Source: a virus (lineage: Duplodnaviria; Caudoviricetes). From it: a DNA stretch of 64,000 bases. The stretch is taken from positions 1 to 64,000 of IMG/VR virus record IMGVR_UViG_3300032306_000439; one strand, written 5' to 3'. Made by a program: the position numbers and the translations under genes. Positions 1 through 10,642 of this stretch are shown one piece after another (position 1 is the stretch's first letter; the number at the start of each line of letters is the position of its first letter). A model generated the notes under the pieces. That model had not been told where the DNA came from. It was given only the letters and a program-made list of their open reading frames with translations, and searched no databases.

Positions 1-888
<888 letters not shown>

Positions 889-961
889 TTACGTGTTGGC
901 TGGTGGCTAGAGGCTATCGCCTAAACTAAGCTTAATACGAGATCGCCAGAGAGCAATGAAC

Positions 962-1282
962 TTATTTCTTAGCCGTATTTCTAGCTGTTGAGATAAGTTT
1001 TTTTAGCTCTTTGTACTCCCTGTCAACTTTTCCTAGCAGAGACAGGCTGAAAAACCTTTCCCAATCTGCGATGGACTGGCTTTTTCTCATGTCTCCCAGC
1101 ATAGAAGTCGTGTTGTTAGACAGAGACCTAAGCAAGTCCAAGGAACACCCGGAGAGGTCCAGATGTACCAAGGTATACCTACCTTTATCTTCTAGCTCTA
1201 CAACATTACCGCCAGAGGATAACAGAAGAGATGCTAGTAGTAGGTTAGTGGTTGATACGTGCTTTTCATCAGAGGACAGCAA
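962..1282 (-). CDS. Hypothetical protein
   Basis: 106-aa ORF co-oriented with and overlapping the upstream gene; start uncertain. Confidence 0.55.
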   Translation of the reverse strand: MLSSDEKHVSTTNLLLASLLLSSGGNVVELEDKGRYTLVHLDLSGCSLDLLRSLSNNTTSMLGDMRKSQSIADWERFFSLSLLGKVDREYKELKKLISTARNTAKK

Positions 1283-1718
1283 CTTCTAGCCTCATGTTTA
1301 TCAGAAGATTTCCATTGGCTACTCTGCCTAGCTGAATGACCGTCTGACCCTCTACCAAAGGGGAGGTCACAGAAACTTTGCCGGGCTCCAGCAAGGAAGC
1401 AAAAAGGAAGTTGCCGTTAACCGGTACTGCTGATCCTGAGTCCAACAGGAACTCAGTAGCCCCGGCTAACTGCAGCCTGCCGTAAGCTCCTGGAGCTACG
1501 TCAGTAGTAAGAAAGCCCATTGCCCCGGCATCCAGAGGAGACGAGGCATCCACCAGAGATAGAGAGCCCTCTGGAGTAACCCTAAGAAGAGCAAAGGCAG
1601 GCAAAGAGGCCCCAGAGTCGTTTAAATACTCCGGGCTGATAACACCAGACGACATACCTGGAATACTGACTACAGTAACCAGCTGGGTCTTAACTGGCGT
1701 TATCCTTATCCTCGTCAT
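1269..1718 (-). CDS. Hypothetical virion (decoration-like) protein
   Basis: 149-aa Gly-rich, beta-type ORF in the operon downstream of the capsid gene. Confidence 0.6.
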   Translation of the reverse strand: MTRIRITPVKTQLVTVVSIPGMSSGVISPEYLNDSGASLPAFALLRVTPEGSLSLVDASSPLDAGAMGFLTTDVAPGAYGRLQLAGATEFLLDSGSAVPVNGNFLFASLLEPGKVSVTSPLVEGQTVIQLGRVANGNLLINMRLEVAVL

Positions 1719-1965
1719 TCTGGCCTCTCTTGGGGCGACCCCTCTTACGGGCTACGGGAATCTCGGGCTGAGCTGGTACAGTAACGACGGGGGCTTGGGG
1801 AGCCCTGCACTTCCTGATTTTGCCGTTCTTTAGCGCCATCTCTACATCTAGATGGCTGAACAGCTCGTCAGGAATAAAGCTCACCTTGTTAGCAGGCAGC
1901 CTCAACTGGCCCCCGCATAATACTAGGTTGCTTGTAGTCAAATTCTCTACTGAGTGCGTTCTCAT
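1690..1965 (-). CDS. Small protein with C-terminal RKRGRPKR (AT-hook-like) motif
   Basis: 91-aa ORF coupled to its neighbours. Confidence 0.7.
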   Translation of the reverse strand: MRTHSVENLTTSNLVLCGGQLRLPANKVSFIPDELFSHLDVEMALKNGKIRKCRAPQAPVVTVPAQPEIPVARKRGRPKRGQNDEDKDNAS

Positions 1966-2435
1966 TACGCCTCTGACTTAGCAGGTCTTCCTCTACGGCG
2001 AGGCTCCGCCACAACCTCTGGCTCGGGGGCGGGCTCTGGCACTACCACAGGCTCAGGAGCAGGCTCTGGTACTACCACAGGCTCTGGCACTACCACAGGC
2101 TCAGGAGCAGGCTCTGGTACTACCACAGGCTCTGGCACTACCACAGGCTCAGGGGCAGGCTCTGGTACTACCACAGGCTCGGGGGCAGGCTCTGGTACTA
2201 CCACAGGCTCGGGGGCAGGCTCTGGTACTACCACAGGCTCGGGGGCAGGCTTGGGGGCAGGCTTAGGAGCAGGGGCAGCGCCTAGAGCCTCCATAGGAGC
2301 TAGGATTCCCTTATTAACAAAAGCCAGTAGCTCTCCGTTTAGGGAATGGAATGGGTGCGACTTTCCGGGGGCAATAGCTACTCCCCTTGACGCTACTACA
2401 ACAGCGCTACGGGACTTGTTTACTAGTACTGGCAT
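1965..2435 (-). CDS. Pro/Glu/Val repeat protein with C-terminal RRRGRPAK motif
   Basis: 156-aa ORF with [10 protein letters not shown] repeats; AGGA upstream. Confidence 0.75.
   Translation of the reverse strand: MPVLVNKSRSAVVVASRGVAIAPGKSHPFHSLNGELLAFVNKGILAPMEALGAAPAPKPAPKPAPEPVVVPEPAPEPVVVPEPAPEPVVVPEPAPEPVVVPEPVVVPEPAPEPVVVPEPVVVPEPAPEPVVVPEPAPEPEVVAEPRRRGRPAKSEA
2016..2252 (-). repeat. 30/18-bp coding tandem repeat ([10 protein letters not shown] / PEPVVV)
   Basis: Repeated GGCTCTGGYACTACCACAGGCTC units on the + strand. Confidence 0.9.
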
Positions 2436-2452
2436 TTCTTTTTCCTGAAATG

Positions 2453-2480
2453 AAAAACCCCAGGGATTACTCCTCTGGGG
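2453..2480 (-). terminator. Rho-independent terminator after the major capsid gene
   Basis: Minus strand CCCCAG(A)GGA-GTAA-TCC-CTGGGG followed by TTTTT; a T-run on the other side suggests bidirectional use. Confidence 0.75.
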
Positions 2481-2536
2481 CTCTTTTTTAGTAACGTTTA
2501 CTTATCTAGTAAACTATCTAAGTAAAGAGGTCTTTA

Positions 2537-3499
2537 TTAGGCGTGGATGACGTTCGTCAGCTTGACGATTGAGTTGGCGTTACCGATACCGATACCGGGA
2601 GCCGAGTAGCTCCAGAACTCAATCATGTCCGCCTCTTGCTTGATGAACAGCGTGGCGTCCTGGAGAAGGAAGAAGTTGCCCAGGTACTCCTGAGGACCGA
2701 AGAAGTAGATGTCGTTAGACCCTACGATGTCCTCTTTGATCGTCGTAACAACGGGGAAGCCGAAGAGCTTCTGCTCGGCCTCGACACCCTCGTCGTAGTG
2801 ACGCATAGCTACCTGGTCACCAATCGTCGTGGCGGGCAGGTCGAGCACTCTGTAGTAGAGCGACTTCGACATCAGGATCTTGCCGAGAGGGATCTTGTTG
2901 GCGAGGAGCTTCTGTATTCCCAGCCTTACCGCACCACCGCTCAGCTCGCCGTTGGTTATCGGAGGCAGACCAGAAACCGAAGGGTCATCTCCGTTTATAT
3001 CAAGAGCGCAGTCAAATACGTTGTTGACCGTGGTGGCCAGAGAATCGACAGTCTCAATGAACTTGCGATCCTCCTCGTCGGCCATGTCCTTGACCGAGTT
3101 GTCCGTGAGGATCTTGCGGATGTCGTTCTGGTACGTCATCAGCTCGAACTTCGACTTCGTGAAGTGCTGTGACTCCACCTTGCCGAAGTACACTGAGTAA
3201 CGAGGACCACGGAAGATCGTCTTCTGGCCGGCGCCCTTGAACGTCACGAATGACGCTACTGAATCGGGCTCCTTCTCGATGATCTTCTTGGGCTGATCCG
3301 TGTCGACATCACGGTCGAGCTCGTCCGCGCTGATCTCAACGGGGTTGAGGATCTCACGGGCGAACGAGTCCTGGCGCATCCTTGAACGGATGAAACGCGA
3401 GCCCTCGTCCTCGGCCTCCTTGATACGACCCTGCTCAACCTTCTTCACGAAGTTCGAGTTAATGAACTGCGCGCTTAGCTTCTGGTATTCAGTCTTCAT
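2537..3499 (-). CDS. Major capsid protein
   Basis: 320 aa, strong codon bias, downstream of protease and head genes, followed by a terminator; FIRSRMRQDSFAREIL and KLFGFPVVTT segments fit an HK97-fold capsid protein. Confidence 0.8.
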   Translation of the reverse strand: MKTEYQKLSAQFINSNFVKKVEQGRIKEAEDEGSRFIRSRMRQDSFAREILNPVEISADELDRDVDTDQPKKIIEKEPDSVASFVTFKGAGQKTIFRGPRYSVYFGKVESQHFTKSKFELMTYQNDIRKILTDNSVKDMADEEDRKFIETVDSLATTVNNVFDCALDINGDDPSVSGLPPITNGELSGGAVRLGIQKLLANKIPLGKILMSKSLYYRVLDLPATTIGDQVAMRHYDEGVEAEQKLFGFPVVTTIKEDIVGSNDIYFFGPQEYLGNFFLLQDATLFIKQEADMIEFWSYSAPGIGIGNANSIVKLTNVIHA

Positions 3500-3521
3500 G
3501 GGTTATTCCTGTTTCCTTTTA

Positions 3522-4064
3522 TTAGACTACGAAGATATCGCAGGTGTCGGCATCAACGCGCAGGCAGTAGCCGATCTTGTGGACTGCCGTCAGCAGCTCA
3601 TCTAACTGCACGCCATCCGCTGGTGCGTCTGCGTCCAGGGTAGCTCCCGCCGATCCTAAGAAGGCTACTTTACCATCTACCAGCTTAACAGGAACTCCGG
3701 GGGCCAGGTCGGCTGCCGTAAACTGAGCGTTAGCAGCAACGCCGTCGTTGTAAAGCCTTACGACGTAGCCACCACCGAGAAGAACCGTTACCTTGTTAGA
3801 GAAACGCGACGAGTACTCGTCCTGCCCCTCTATGACTAGGGCCCACAGAGTAGGATGAGTTCCTATAGTGGTTGAGTCCTTAGATGCCTTGGTCTGGCTA
3901 TAAACTGTGGGGACAGCGGCTACGCCCGGATCCAGCTTTACCCAGGTACCTGAGTACAGAGGATCATGACCAGCAGCAATCGTGGGGACGTTCCAGTCCT
4001 CGGCAACCGCGCTTGAGTTGGGCCAACCGCGAAGGATGTCGAACTTTGAGTTTAGAATTGACAT
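3522..4064 (-). CDS. Capsid decoration/cement-like protein
   Basis: 180 aa immediately upstream of the capsid gene; AGGAG RBS. Confidence 0.6.
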   Translation of the reverse strand: MSILNSKFDILRGWPNSSAVAEDWNVPTIAAGHDPLYSGTWVKLDPGVAAVPTVYSQTKASKDSTTIGTHPTLWALVIEGQDEYSSRFSNKVTVLLGGGYVVRLYNDGVAANAQFTAADLAPGVPVKLVDGKVAFLGSAGATLDADAPADGVQLDELLTAVHKIGYCLRVDADTCDIFVV

Positions 4065-4077
4065 TTTCTATCTCTCC

Positions 4078-4416
4078 TTAAGAAGAAAGCCACGCCAGGA
4101 AGCGCTTGTCGGCCACGTCACTGCTCTGGCCAGCACTTGCGGTTTTGTTTCTGTTGGGACCACCAAGCTCTACTGGGCTTTCCTCTGAAGCGAGCTTGCT
4201 GATCATTCCTAAAAGATCCGTGTCAACACTGGAGAGCTTTGCGCGAACGGCTTCTTCATCCTCGCCGGTCGACAACGAAACCTTCTCAATGATGGGTGAG
4301 ATCATGCTAGCCTTGACCGAAGCGATCTTATCAGAGTCCGCCTTGGCCCTGGCATCGTACTCATCAGCCATAGCTTCGAGTACGCTAGCAACCTTATTTA
4401 GTAGTTGTGTATTCAT
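4078..4416 (-). CDS. Head scaffold/core protein (K-x-A-S motifs)
   Basis: 112 aa, helical; KVAS, KIAS, KLAS, KTAS. Confidence 0.7.
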   Translation of the reverse strand: MNTQLLNKVASVLEAMADEYDARAKADSDKIASVKASMISPIIEKVSLSTGEDEEAVRAKLSSVDTDLLGMISKLASEESPVELGGPNRNKTASAGQSSDVADKRFLAWLSS

Positions 4417-4559
4417 GACTCACCATAAATCTTACGGCGTAGCTCTTCTAAACCAATAGCCGCTACAGTTAGCGACGCACATTTTTGTCTTTTAGACTGA
4501 GTATTAGTCTTTGCAGCCTCTCTTAGAGCGGCAGCAAGCTTTCTTAGATCTTCGCTCAC
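4413..4559 (-). CDS. Small head-module protein (48 aa)
   Basis: Below the ORF-track cutoff: MSEDLRKLAAALREAAKTNTQSKRQKCASLTVAAIGLEELRRKIYGES; GTGA/ATGA overlaps with both neighbours. Confidence 0.7.
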   Translation of the reverse strand: MSEDLRKLAAALREAAKTNTQSKRQKCASLTVAAIGLEELRRKIYGES

Positions 4560-4768
4560 TTGTACTCCCTTAGAAAGGAATGCAAGTCATCGTAGCTAGG
4601 CTCTACTGATGATGACTTGAGTGAGTGTGCAAGCTTACGCATCTCATTGCCTATCTGGGTAGCAGGAGCCCTTTGGATCTCCTCTGCTACCTTCTCTAGA
4701 GATGCGGTCTTGACTTGACGAGCCTCAGTGAGGACCTCGTTGACTAGCTTTTCGAGAGCGCTACTCAT
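4556..4768 (-). CDS. Small head/core protein
   Basis: 70 aa; KTAS, KVAE, KLAH; coupled. Confidence 0.7.
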   Translation of the reverse strand: MSSALEKLVNEVLTEARQVKTASLEKVAEEIQRAPATQIGNEMRKLAHSLKSSSVEPSYDDLHSFLREYK

Positions 4769-5292
4769 TAGTACTGCTCCGGGTAGAAACCTAGCTCTGG
4801 AGAGTAGGCTCCGTAGGTATCAGAAGGCATGAAGCCCTGGTTACCCACGATTCTGTTTAGTTTACCAACGGCCCTGTTTACGCCGCCCATTATAGAGGGG
4901 GCAGCCAGGCCCGTAGCTACTCCGCCACCAAAGCCGGCTCCAAAGGACTTGAGCTTGTCAGCTCTAGCCTGCTCCTCAGCATTCTGCTTGGCTATGGCGT
5001 GGCCTATGGCCCCTGCACCTATTCCGGTAATACCGGCAGCGCCAAGAAGGGTACCTAAGCCATACCCGCTGGATTCGGCTTTGGGAGCCGCCGTCTCTAC
5101 TACATCGGCAACAACTGCTCCCGTGTTCTTTGGAGCAAAGTTCCCGAAGTCGCGCACCTTGTTCCAATCAAACAGGGGAGTGCCCGGAGAGAATAGACGC
5201 CTAAAGAATCCCGGAGAAGCTGGAACTGAAGCAAGCTTCTCCATCTTGGAGTCAAGAAGCTTGAAGTATATTTCAGATGCTCTGGGAGTCAT
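4768..5292 (-). CDS. Head/core protein with Gly-rich hydrophobic segments
   Basis: 174 aa; KLAS; GxxxG-rich helices. Confidence 0.7.
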   Translation of the reverse strand: MTPRASEIYFKLLDSKMEKLASVPASPGFFRRLFSPGTPLFDWNKVRDFGNFAPKNTGAVVADVVETAAPKAESSGYGLGTLLGAAGITGIGAGAIGHAIAKQNAEEQARADKLKSFGAGFGGGVATGLAAPSIMGGVNRAVGKLNRIVGNQGFMPSDTYGAYSPELGFYPEQY

Positions 5293-5305
5293 TTCAGGTC
5301 CTGAA

Positions 5306-5857
5306 TTAGGCTAGCTGCCTGAGAACGTCGATCGTGTCGCTGTATCCCTGGGCAGCAACCTTCTCAGCGGCTTCCTTTACCAGGTGAGCTACCTTCGTGT
5401 AGCCCTCCTCGTAGGCACCCTGAGCAGCAGCAGCGATCTTCTCGCGGGTCTCACGGTAGCCCAGCTCGGCAGCCTGCTTAACTAGCTCGGGGTTCTCCGA
5501 AGCGAACTTCTCAAAGTTATCGCCGTACGACGCGCTGGCGGTCTTGACGGCGCCCGTCTGCTCATATGAAGCCATGCGAGTCATGAAGCCGTCGCATACA
5601 GCAGCGCCGTACATCTGGGCCTCCTTGACGAGGGCCTCCTGCTCGGCAGCCGCAAGACGGTGAGCGATCTTGGTCAGGTCCTCAGCAGGCTGAGTTGCCT
5701 TGGCCGACGCCGTCTTCGTGTGGCCCACTTCCTCAACTGCTGACATAAGAGCTGCAGCCAGGCGGTCATCACTGCCGCCCTTTCGGGGGCTGGCCGACGC
5801 CGTCTTCTCTGAACCACCCTCAGAATTTAAAGCATCCAGAATTTTGGCGAGATCCAT
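5306..5857 (-). CDS. Scaffold-like head protein
   Basis: Start reassigned to MDLAKI (GGAG upstream); Ala-rich helical; KTAS three times plus many other K-x-A motifs. Confidence 0.7.
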   Translation of the reverse strand: MDLAKILDALNSEGGSEKTASASPRKGGSDDRLAAALMSAVEEVGHTKTASAKATQPAEDLTKIAHRLAAAEQEALVKEAQMYGAAVCDGFMTRMASYEQTGAVKTASASYGDNFEKFASENPELVKQAAELGYRETREKIAAAAQGAYEEGYTKVAHLVKEAAEKVAAQGYSDTIDVLRQLA

Positions 5858-5911
5858 TAAACTACTCCGATGTATTCTTTTGCGAGGACGGCGACGCCCC
5901 CACGTCAATTA

Positions 5912-7612
5912 TTAGCCTAATGATAAGAGATAACCAAGATTATTTACAAGAGCGTCCACGTTAATTCCATCCCCTAGTGCAGCCGCTGTTTTGCACAGAG
6001 AGGAGGATCCGCCAACTCTTGCCCCTACGGCCTTGGGCCTAAGAGCGTAGTTGGACGCCAAGGCTAGTGACAGTTGGGGCTCCCATGACGCCCTTCTTTC
6101 TGTGAAGTGTGTCATGGCTGAAATATTCTCCCCCTGATCAGACAGCATCCGGGGATTTGATACGGTGTGCGGTAGGGAGAGAGCTCCTGCCCCGGCCCCT
6201 AGCAAGGCTCTCATTCCACCACTAGAGACTATGGGAGTCAAAGCCAGGTACGTACCACCGGCTAGAGCTAGAGACCCCAGAAGCCCTAGGGTGTTAGCCA
6301 TAGCCATAGTCTCATCAGCTGACTCGGCGGCGTCCTCAGTTGATATATGAAGCTTGCCCGTATTTGGGTCAGTATATGTTATAGTTCTTAGTCCAGTAGA
6401 AGAGGCGACCTTTAGATTGTCCGCAGACCAAGACCTACTAGGTATGTAGGAACTCATTTTGGCTCGGACCTCGGGCAGAGGCTTGGTGTCGGGCGTACCC
6501 AGAATACCTGAGTCTAAAACGAACTCAACAATCTTGGGATTGTCGGCCATCATTCTAAACAGGTCGCCCTGCATTGAGATCAGTTTTCGTGCTAGCCCCC
6601 TAGGAGCAGGCAGCCCGGTAGCCTTCATAAAAAATATGTCTAGGAACTCAGGAGTAGATAGGAAGATTCCCATCTCGGATAGTGTAGCAAGAACCCTTGG
6701 GAAGTTTTTGCCTGACAGCCACCCTAAGTCTGCGTTATCTATGGGCTTGTAGTTAGATAGTACCTTCGGCACTACCTTGTCTACCCATTGCCCAGTCAGA
6801 CCGCCCTTGTTCCCCTCTGATCCTATTCCAACACCCGTCACTATCTTATCTATATCAGCCACCTTTTTTAGTATGGAAGCTAATACAGTGCGGCCCGCTA
6901 TTTTCTCAGCAAGCTCCGCAGAAGACCCTACAAACTCGCGGTGCTGGTAATCAGCAACCTTCTTTAGCATGTAGCCAGTCCTATCAGCCGGCCTCCATAC
7001 TACTGATATATCAAAGAAGGTAGGATCTGGGTTGTCTACGTATACAAGCCTACCGTCAGGAAGTATGTCATTTAGCTGGAACTTAGCGTGGTCGCAGTAG
7101 TCATCTCTCTTGGGGGCTTTATTACCGCAAATGCTACATACGTCGTGCTTTATGCGGCAGCCCATCGACACTGCTACCTGCTCGCCATTGTTTATCTTCT
7201 CAACTATGTCAGGAGCCTTCTCGTTATCTATCTCGAGAACTAGCTCTACTCGGTGCATGTCATTGTTGTAGAAGCTCTTCACTACCTTGCCAAAACTTTT
7301 GGCAGGGTCTTTGTTAACATGGCTCCTAAACACATGAGCGTCTGTCTCGAAGGTCTTATGCCTTCTTATCAGCTCTTCTTCTCTGAAGCCGTCGCCATTA
7401 CGGTTAGGGCCGTACCACTCAGACGCTCCCAACGCTAAGACTAGAATGTAGGTCTTACCGTCTTGGGGCCGTACACTGCGAGCCCACTCAGATGCCTCTG
7501 AAGCTGTCTTGACGCCGTTATTGTGGCCAAGCCTGAGTATCTGAACAGTAGGCTCAATTACGCTAAGTCTTCTGGAGACTAGGCGGCCATCAATATCGAC
7601 TATCTTTTCCAT
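5912..7612 (-). CDS. Putative prohead maturation protease with zinc finger
   Basis: N-terminal domain NRNGDGF...HVFRSHVNKD...GKV...VSMGC followed by CSICG...CDH resembles HK97/assemblin-fold phage prohead proteases; located upstream of the capsid gene. Confidence 0.65.
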   Translation of the reverse strand: MEKIVDIDGRLVSRRLSVIEPTVQILRLGHNNGVKTASEASEWARSVRPQDGKTYILVLALGASEWYGPNRNGDGFREEELIRRHKTFETDAHVFRSHVNKDPAKSFGKVVKSFYNNDMHRVELVLEIDNEKAPDIVEKINNGEQVAVSMGCRIKHDVCSICGNKAPKRDDYCDHAKFQLNDILPDGRLVYVDNPDPTFFDISVVWRPADRTGYMLKKVADYQHREFVGSSAELAEKIAGRTVLASILKKVADIDKIVTGVGIGSEGNKGGLTGQWVDKVVPKVLSNYKPIDNADLGWLSGKNFPRVLATLSEMGIFLSTPEFLDIFFMKATGLPAPRGLARKLISMQGDLFRMMADNPKIVEFVLDSGILGTPDTKPLPEVRAKMSSYIPSRSWSADNLKVASSTGLRTITYTDPNTGKLHISTEDAAESADETMAMANTLGLLGSLALAGGTYLALTPIVSSGGMRALLGAGAGALSLPHTVSNPRMLSDQGENISAMTHFTERRASWEPQLSLALASNYALRPKAVGARVGGSSSLCKTAAALGDGINVDALVNNLGYLLSLG

Positions 7613-8190
7613 TATAGTACCAGATCTCCCACCACGTCTGCTACGTGGGCCAGTGCGACTTGAAGAGCCTCCTCTGCAAGCTTCTTTAGCTCCTCGTCGT
7701 CTGTCTCAGACGCTACCTTTATCAAGTCAGCCGCTACCATAAACGCAGCCGATCCCTGCTTTATGAGGTCCTCAGACGCCTGCTTCCTCTGAGGGCCGGA
7801 GGCTGGAGCGCTGCTACCAAATAGCTGAGATAAACCGTACAGTCCTGCCCCAACTCCTGCAGCACCTAAAGCCGGGTATATAACGTTTTTCGCGCTGTCC
7901 TCAGCGTCATTGATCAGGTACTTGCCAGCTATCACAGCAGGGACGGCAAGGCCTGCCCCGTAACCCAAGCCCTTAAGCAAGGGCGTCTTCATAGTCTTTA
8001 GGTTCTCAATAAGCCTATTGGCCGTCTTCTCTAGCAAAGTGTATAGAGAAGCGTCGGCCGCAGCCTTCTCAGCCAGTGCCGAAGCCGCTTGGTCTCCTGA
8101 GACTACCGACGCTAGCTTACCCAGCTCTCTAGACCTGGATGCGTAGTAGTGTATTTTGGGAGCCGCAGCAAAATCCTGAAGATTATCCAT
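7612..8190 (-). CDS. Head/core protein with Gly-rich hydrophobic helices
   Basis: KLAS, KTAN, KQAS, KVAS; coupled. Confidence 0.7.
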   Translation of the reverse strand: MDNLQDFAAAPKIHYYASRSRELGKLASVVSGDQAASALAEKAAADASLYTLLEKTANRLIENLKTMKTPLLKGLGYGAGLAVPAVIAGKYLINDAEDSAKNVIYPALGAAGVGAGLYGLSQLFGSSAPASGPQRKQASEDLIKQGSAAFMVAADLIKVASETDDEELKKLAEEALQVALAHVADVVGDLVL

Positions 8191-8425
8191 TTTCAATGTC
8201 CTTCAGGGCCTTTAAGCCATTGCTAACCATACTCCACTGGGCCTTCTTCATGTAGTACTTGGCCCCTAGGGTATGTAAAGCCGTGGCTATATCGAACTCT
8301 TCAGCCGTCTTGACTCCGGCTTGTTTGGCAATGCCAAGAGCTGATAGGTGAAGCTGGCCATTCCTGGCGGCTTGAATCGCTGGGCTGTCTAGGTTAGCTT
8401 GCTTTATGAGGTCTTGTATAGTCAT
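8183..8425 (-). CDS. Small head/core protein
   Basis: 80 aa; KQAN, KQAG, KTAE. Confidence 0.7.
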   Translation of the reverse strand: MTIQDLIKQANLDSPAIQAARNGQLHLSALGIAKQAGVKTAEEFDIATALHTLGAKYYMKKAQWSMVSNGLKALKDIENG

Positions 8426-9027
8426 TAGTCGTTCCCCACTGACTTGCCGGTAACAGCCCGCTCGGCTTGGCCAAGCCCCTTAATGGTCATGTAGTCTATA
8501 CCACCGTCGTGCTGAGCAGCTTCTCTAAGGAATGACTTAGTAGCGCTAAGGTTAGTAGACAGGGTAGGGGCAAACTTGGCCATTGAGTCGTAAGCCTCTA
8601 AGAGGCTGCGCTTATCAGCGCTGCCGATTATATCGTCCGTCTTAACTAAGTGATCAAATATCTGAGCTCTCTTAGGGTCATCTACCATGTTCTTCTTGGC
8701 CTTCTTGGCTATGTCTCCCAGCAGGCCCTCTGTTATATCTGCCATTCTATCGGTGGCTCTATTTACTAGGCTGGACGCTACCATCTCATCCGCCTTGATA
8801 CGGTCCATAGTTCCGCTCACACCACCGTGGAGCTTCTTGTCTAGTTGGTACCCGTAAGTATTAAGAGCAGGCCCAAAGGGCTTTCCGAACAACTCTAGGC
8901 CTTCGTCAAGAAGACCAAGAACGTTCCCTGCCCCTATTAAACCAGGTATAGTTCCCAGGGCGGCTGTCTTGCTTAGGCTCCCTGAGGCCTGCTTCTGCCA
9001 AGCAGCTACCTTGTTCTTAAAGTCCAT
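8425..9027 (-). CDS. Head/core protein
   Basis: 200 aa; KVAA, KQAS, KTAA at the N-terminus; GAGG RBS. Confidence 0.7.
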   Translation of the reverse strand: MDFKNKVAAWQKQASGSLSKTAALGTIPGLIGAGNVLGLLDEGLELFGKPFGPALNTYGYQLDKKLHGGVSGTMDRIKADEMVASSLVNRATDRMADITEGLLGDIAKKAKKNMVDDPKRAQIFDHLVKTDDIIGSADKRSLLEAYDSMAKFAPTLSTNLSATKSFLREAAQHDGGIDYMTIKGLGQAERAVTGKSVGND

Positions 9028-9874
9028 ATGCCACCTCTAGTGACTTCTTGGCGTGATCGTACTCTTTTATCTGAGCCACCTTCTCTAAGAACTTACCCAG
9101 AAGCTGCATCTCTGGGGTCCTAGAGTCCGACAAGTGAAACTCAGAGGCTTTTTTGACCATAGAGGAGTCTGGCATCTTGTTGTACAGTGGCTTGTTCAGG
9201 CGACTTCTTACGGCGTTGAATCCGTACACAGCCTGCGGGCCGAACTGGGACAGGCCGTCCTGCTCGAACTCGGCCATCTTCTCTCTGTCGTATATGCTTC
9301 TGAACTTACCAGCAAGCTCGTTGGCAATATCTTCCGCGTCATAGTACGCGGCAGCCAGCTTGTCGGCTAAGACTTCTCTTGCCTTGTCCAGCCTTATGGA
9401 CAGCTTCTGCTTGTTTATGCTGTCTACCCTGGGCTTCCAAGAGGCCTCTTTTATCTCTGCTACTATGGGGTCTGCGCTCATGCAGCTGCAGGGGTCCACC
9501 TTCATGCCGCAGCCGCACGACGAGTTCTCGTCCGCTATGTCATCAAAGAACGAGCCGGCGGCATTGATGCTTGGGTAGCCTGACACAGATACTACAGTAG
9601 TCCCAAAGCTGTTAGGGCCTACCTCGTAGAACTTCTTTATTACCGACTCAGGGCTGGCGGTCTCGAACTCAACCATCCTGTCGTCTCCGCTCTTGTTCTT
9701 GAACATCTCAAGAAAGGCGGAGGTGTTAGCCATCTCTACGATTCGCTTGATCTGCTCTGGGTTAAGCTGATCACGAGTAGCGATATTTACAATGCCATCC
9801 TCGAGGGGTACTCCCCCGTCCAGAAAGCTGCGAACTGCTTCGTCGGCCTTCTGCTCGTAATCCGATCTATCCAC
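9017..9874 (-). CDS. Head/core protein
   Basis: 285 aa; KEAS, KKAS; GGAGA RBS. Confidence 0.7.
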   Translation of the reverse strand: MDRSDYEQKADEAVRSFLDGGVPLEDGIVNIATRDQLNPEQIKRIVEMANTSAFLEMFKNKSGDDRMVEFETASPESVIKKFYEVGPNSFGTTVVSVSGYPSINAAGSFFDDIADENSSCGCGMKVDPCSCMSADPIVAEIKEASWKPRVDSINKQKLSIRLDKAREVLADKLAAAYYDAEDIANELAGKFRSIYDREKMAEFEQDGLSQFGPQAVYGFNAVRSRLNKPLYNKMPDSSMVKKASEFHLSDSRTPEMQLLGKFLEKVAQIKEYDHAKKSLEVAYGL

Positions 9875-9884
9875 AGCGGATCTC

Positions 9885-10625
9885 CTAAGACAGAATCTCT
9901 ACTTCACCAAGTTTAGTGCGGGTGGACGTGGTATCCAAACCCTCAAGGCGAATCTTGAGCTCCTCAAGAGAATTAACTTTGTCTGGGTCCGCTTTGGTGA
10001 CCTGCTCTGCAAGCTTGATAGCGATGGGCATCCAAGCCCTAGCTTCTTTAGAGCGTTTGTCAGTGATAGAGTTGAAGATGTGTTCTCGGCTTCTCCACAG
10101 AGAATCGGCCATCAGCTTTCTCATTATTTCTACGGTACTAATAGAAGTCTGACCTCCCGTAGTCTTCCAGACTAGGTACTCCCAGCCCAGCTGAAGGCCC
10201 CACAAAAATAAAGACTTTGTCTGCTCTTCGTCTTCGTTTTTGGGATTCAGAGCCCTTACGTAGGCCATCTTTATCAGACGATTTTTAAACACACCGGCGT
10301 CGAAGAATAACTTCTCGTATGCAAGTATAGTCTGTTCTTCTACTTCGGTAGCCGAAGTCATGACAGACATAGGGGTCTTGCAGAACAACATAGCCCTAAG
10401 GGTATTCCTAGCGTATGGTATGCTGTTCAGCATACACGCGTAGTATACCTCGTCGGGAACGTTATCGTAGTTGCCTAAGAGAAACTGAGCGTAGTCTAGC
10501 TGGTACTTAATAGAGAAGGTGTCCGGACCAGGGGCGTCAGTGTGAGACGCCACCCAGTCCTGTACTTCCTGAGCCCTGTGGTCGGGCGCTAGAAGTTTTC
10601 TTCTGTCAACTACTTCAGCCATCAA
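9885..10625 (-). CDS. Hypothetical protein
   Basis: 246-aa ORF in the head operon. Confidence 0.7.
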   Translation of the reverse strand: MMAEVVDRRKLLAPDHRAQEVQDWVASHTDAPGPDTFSIKYQLDYAQFLLGNYDNVPDEVYYACMLNSIPYARNTLRAMLFCKTPMSVMTSATEVEEQTILAYEKLFFDAGVFKNRLIKMAYVRALNPKNEDEEQTKSLFLWGLQLGWEYLVWKTTGGQTSISTVEIMRKLMADSLWRSREHIFNSITDKRSKEARAWMPIAIKLAEQVTKADPDKVNSLEELKIRLEGLDTTSTRTKLGEVEILS

Positions 10626-10642
10626 TAGAAGACTACATTACA

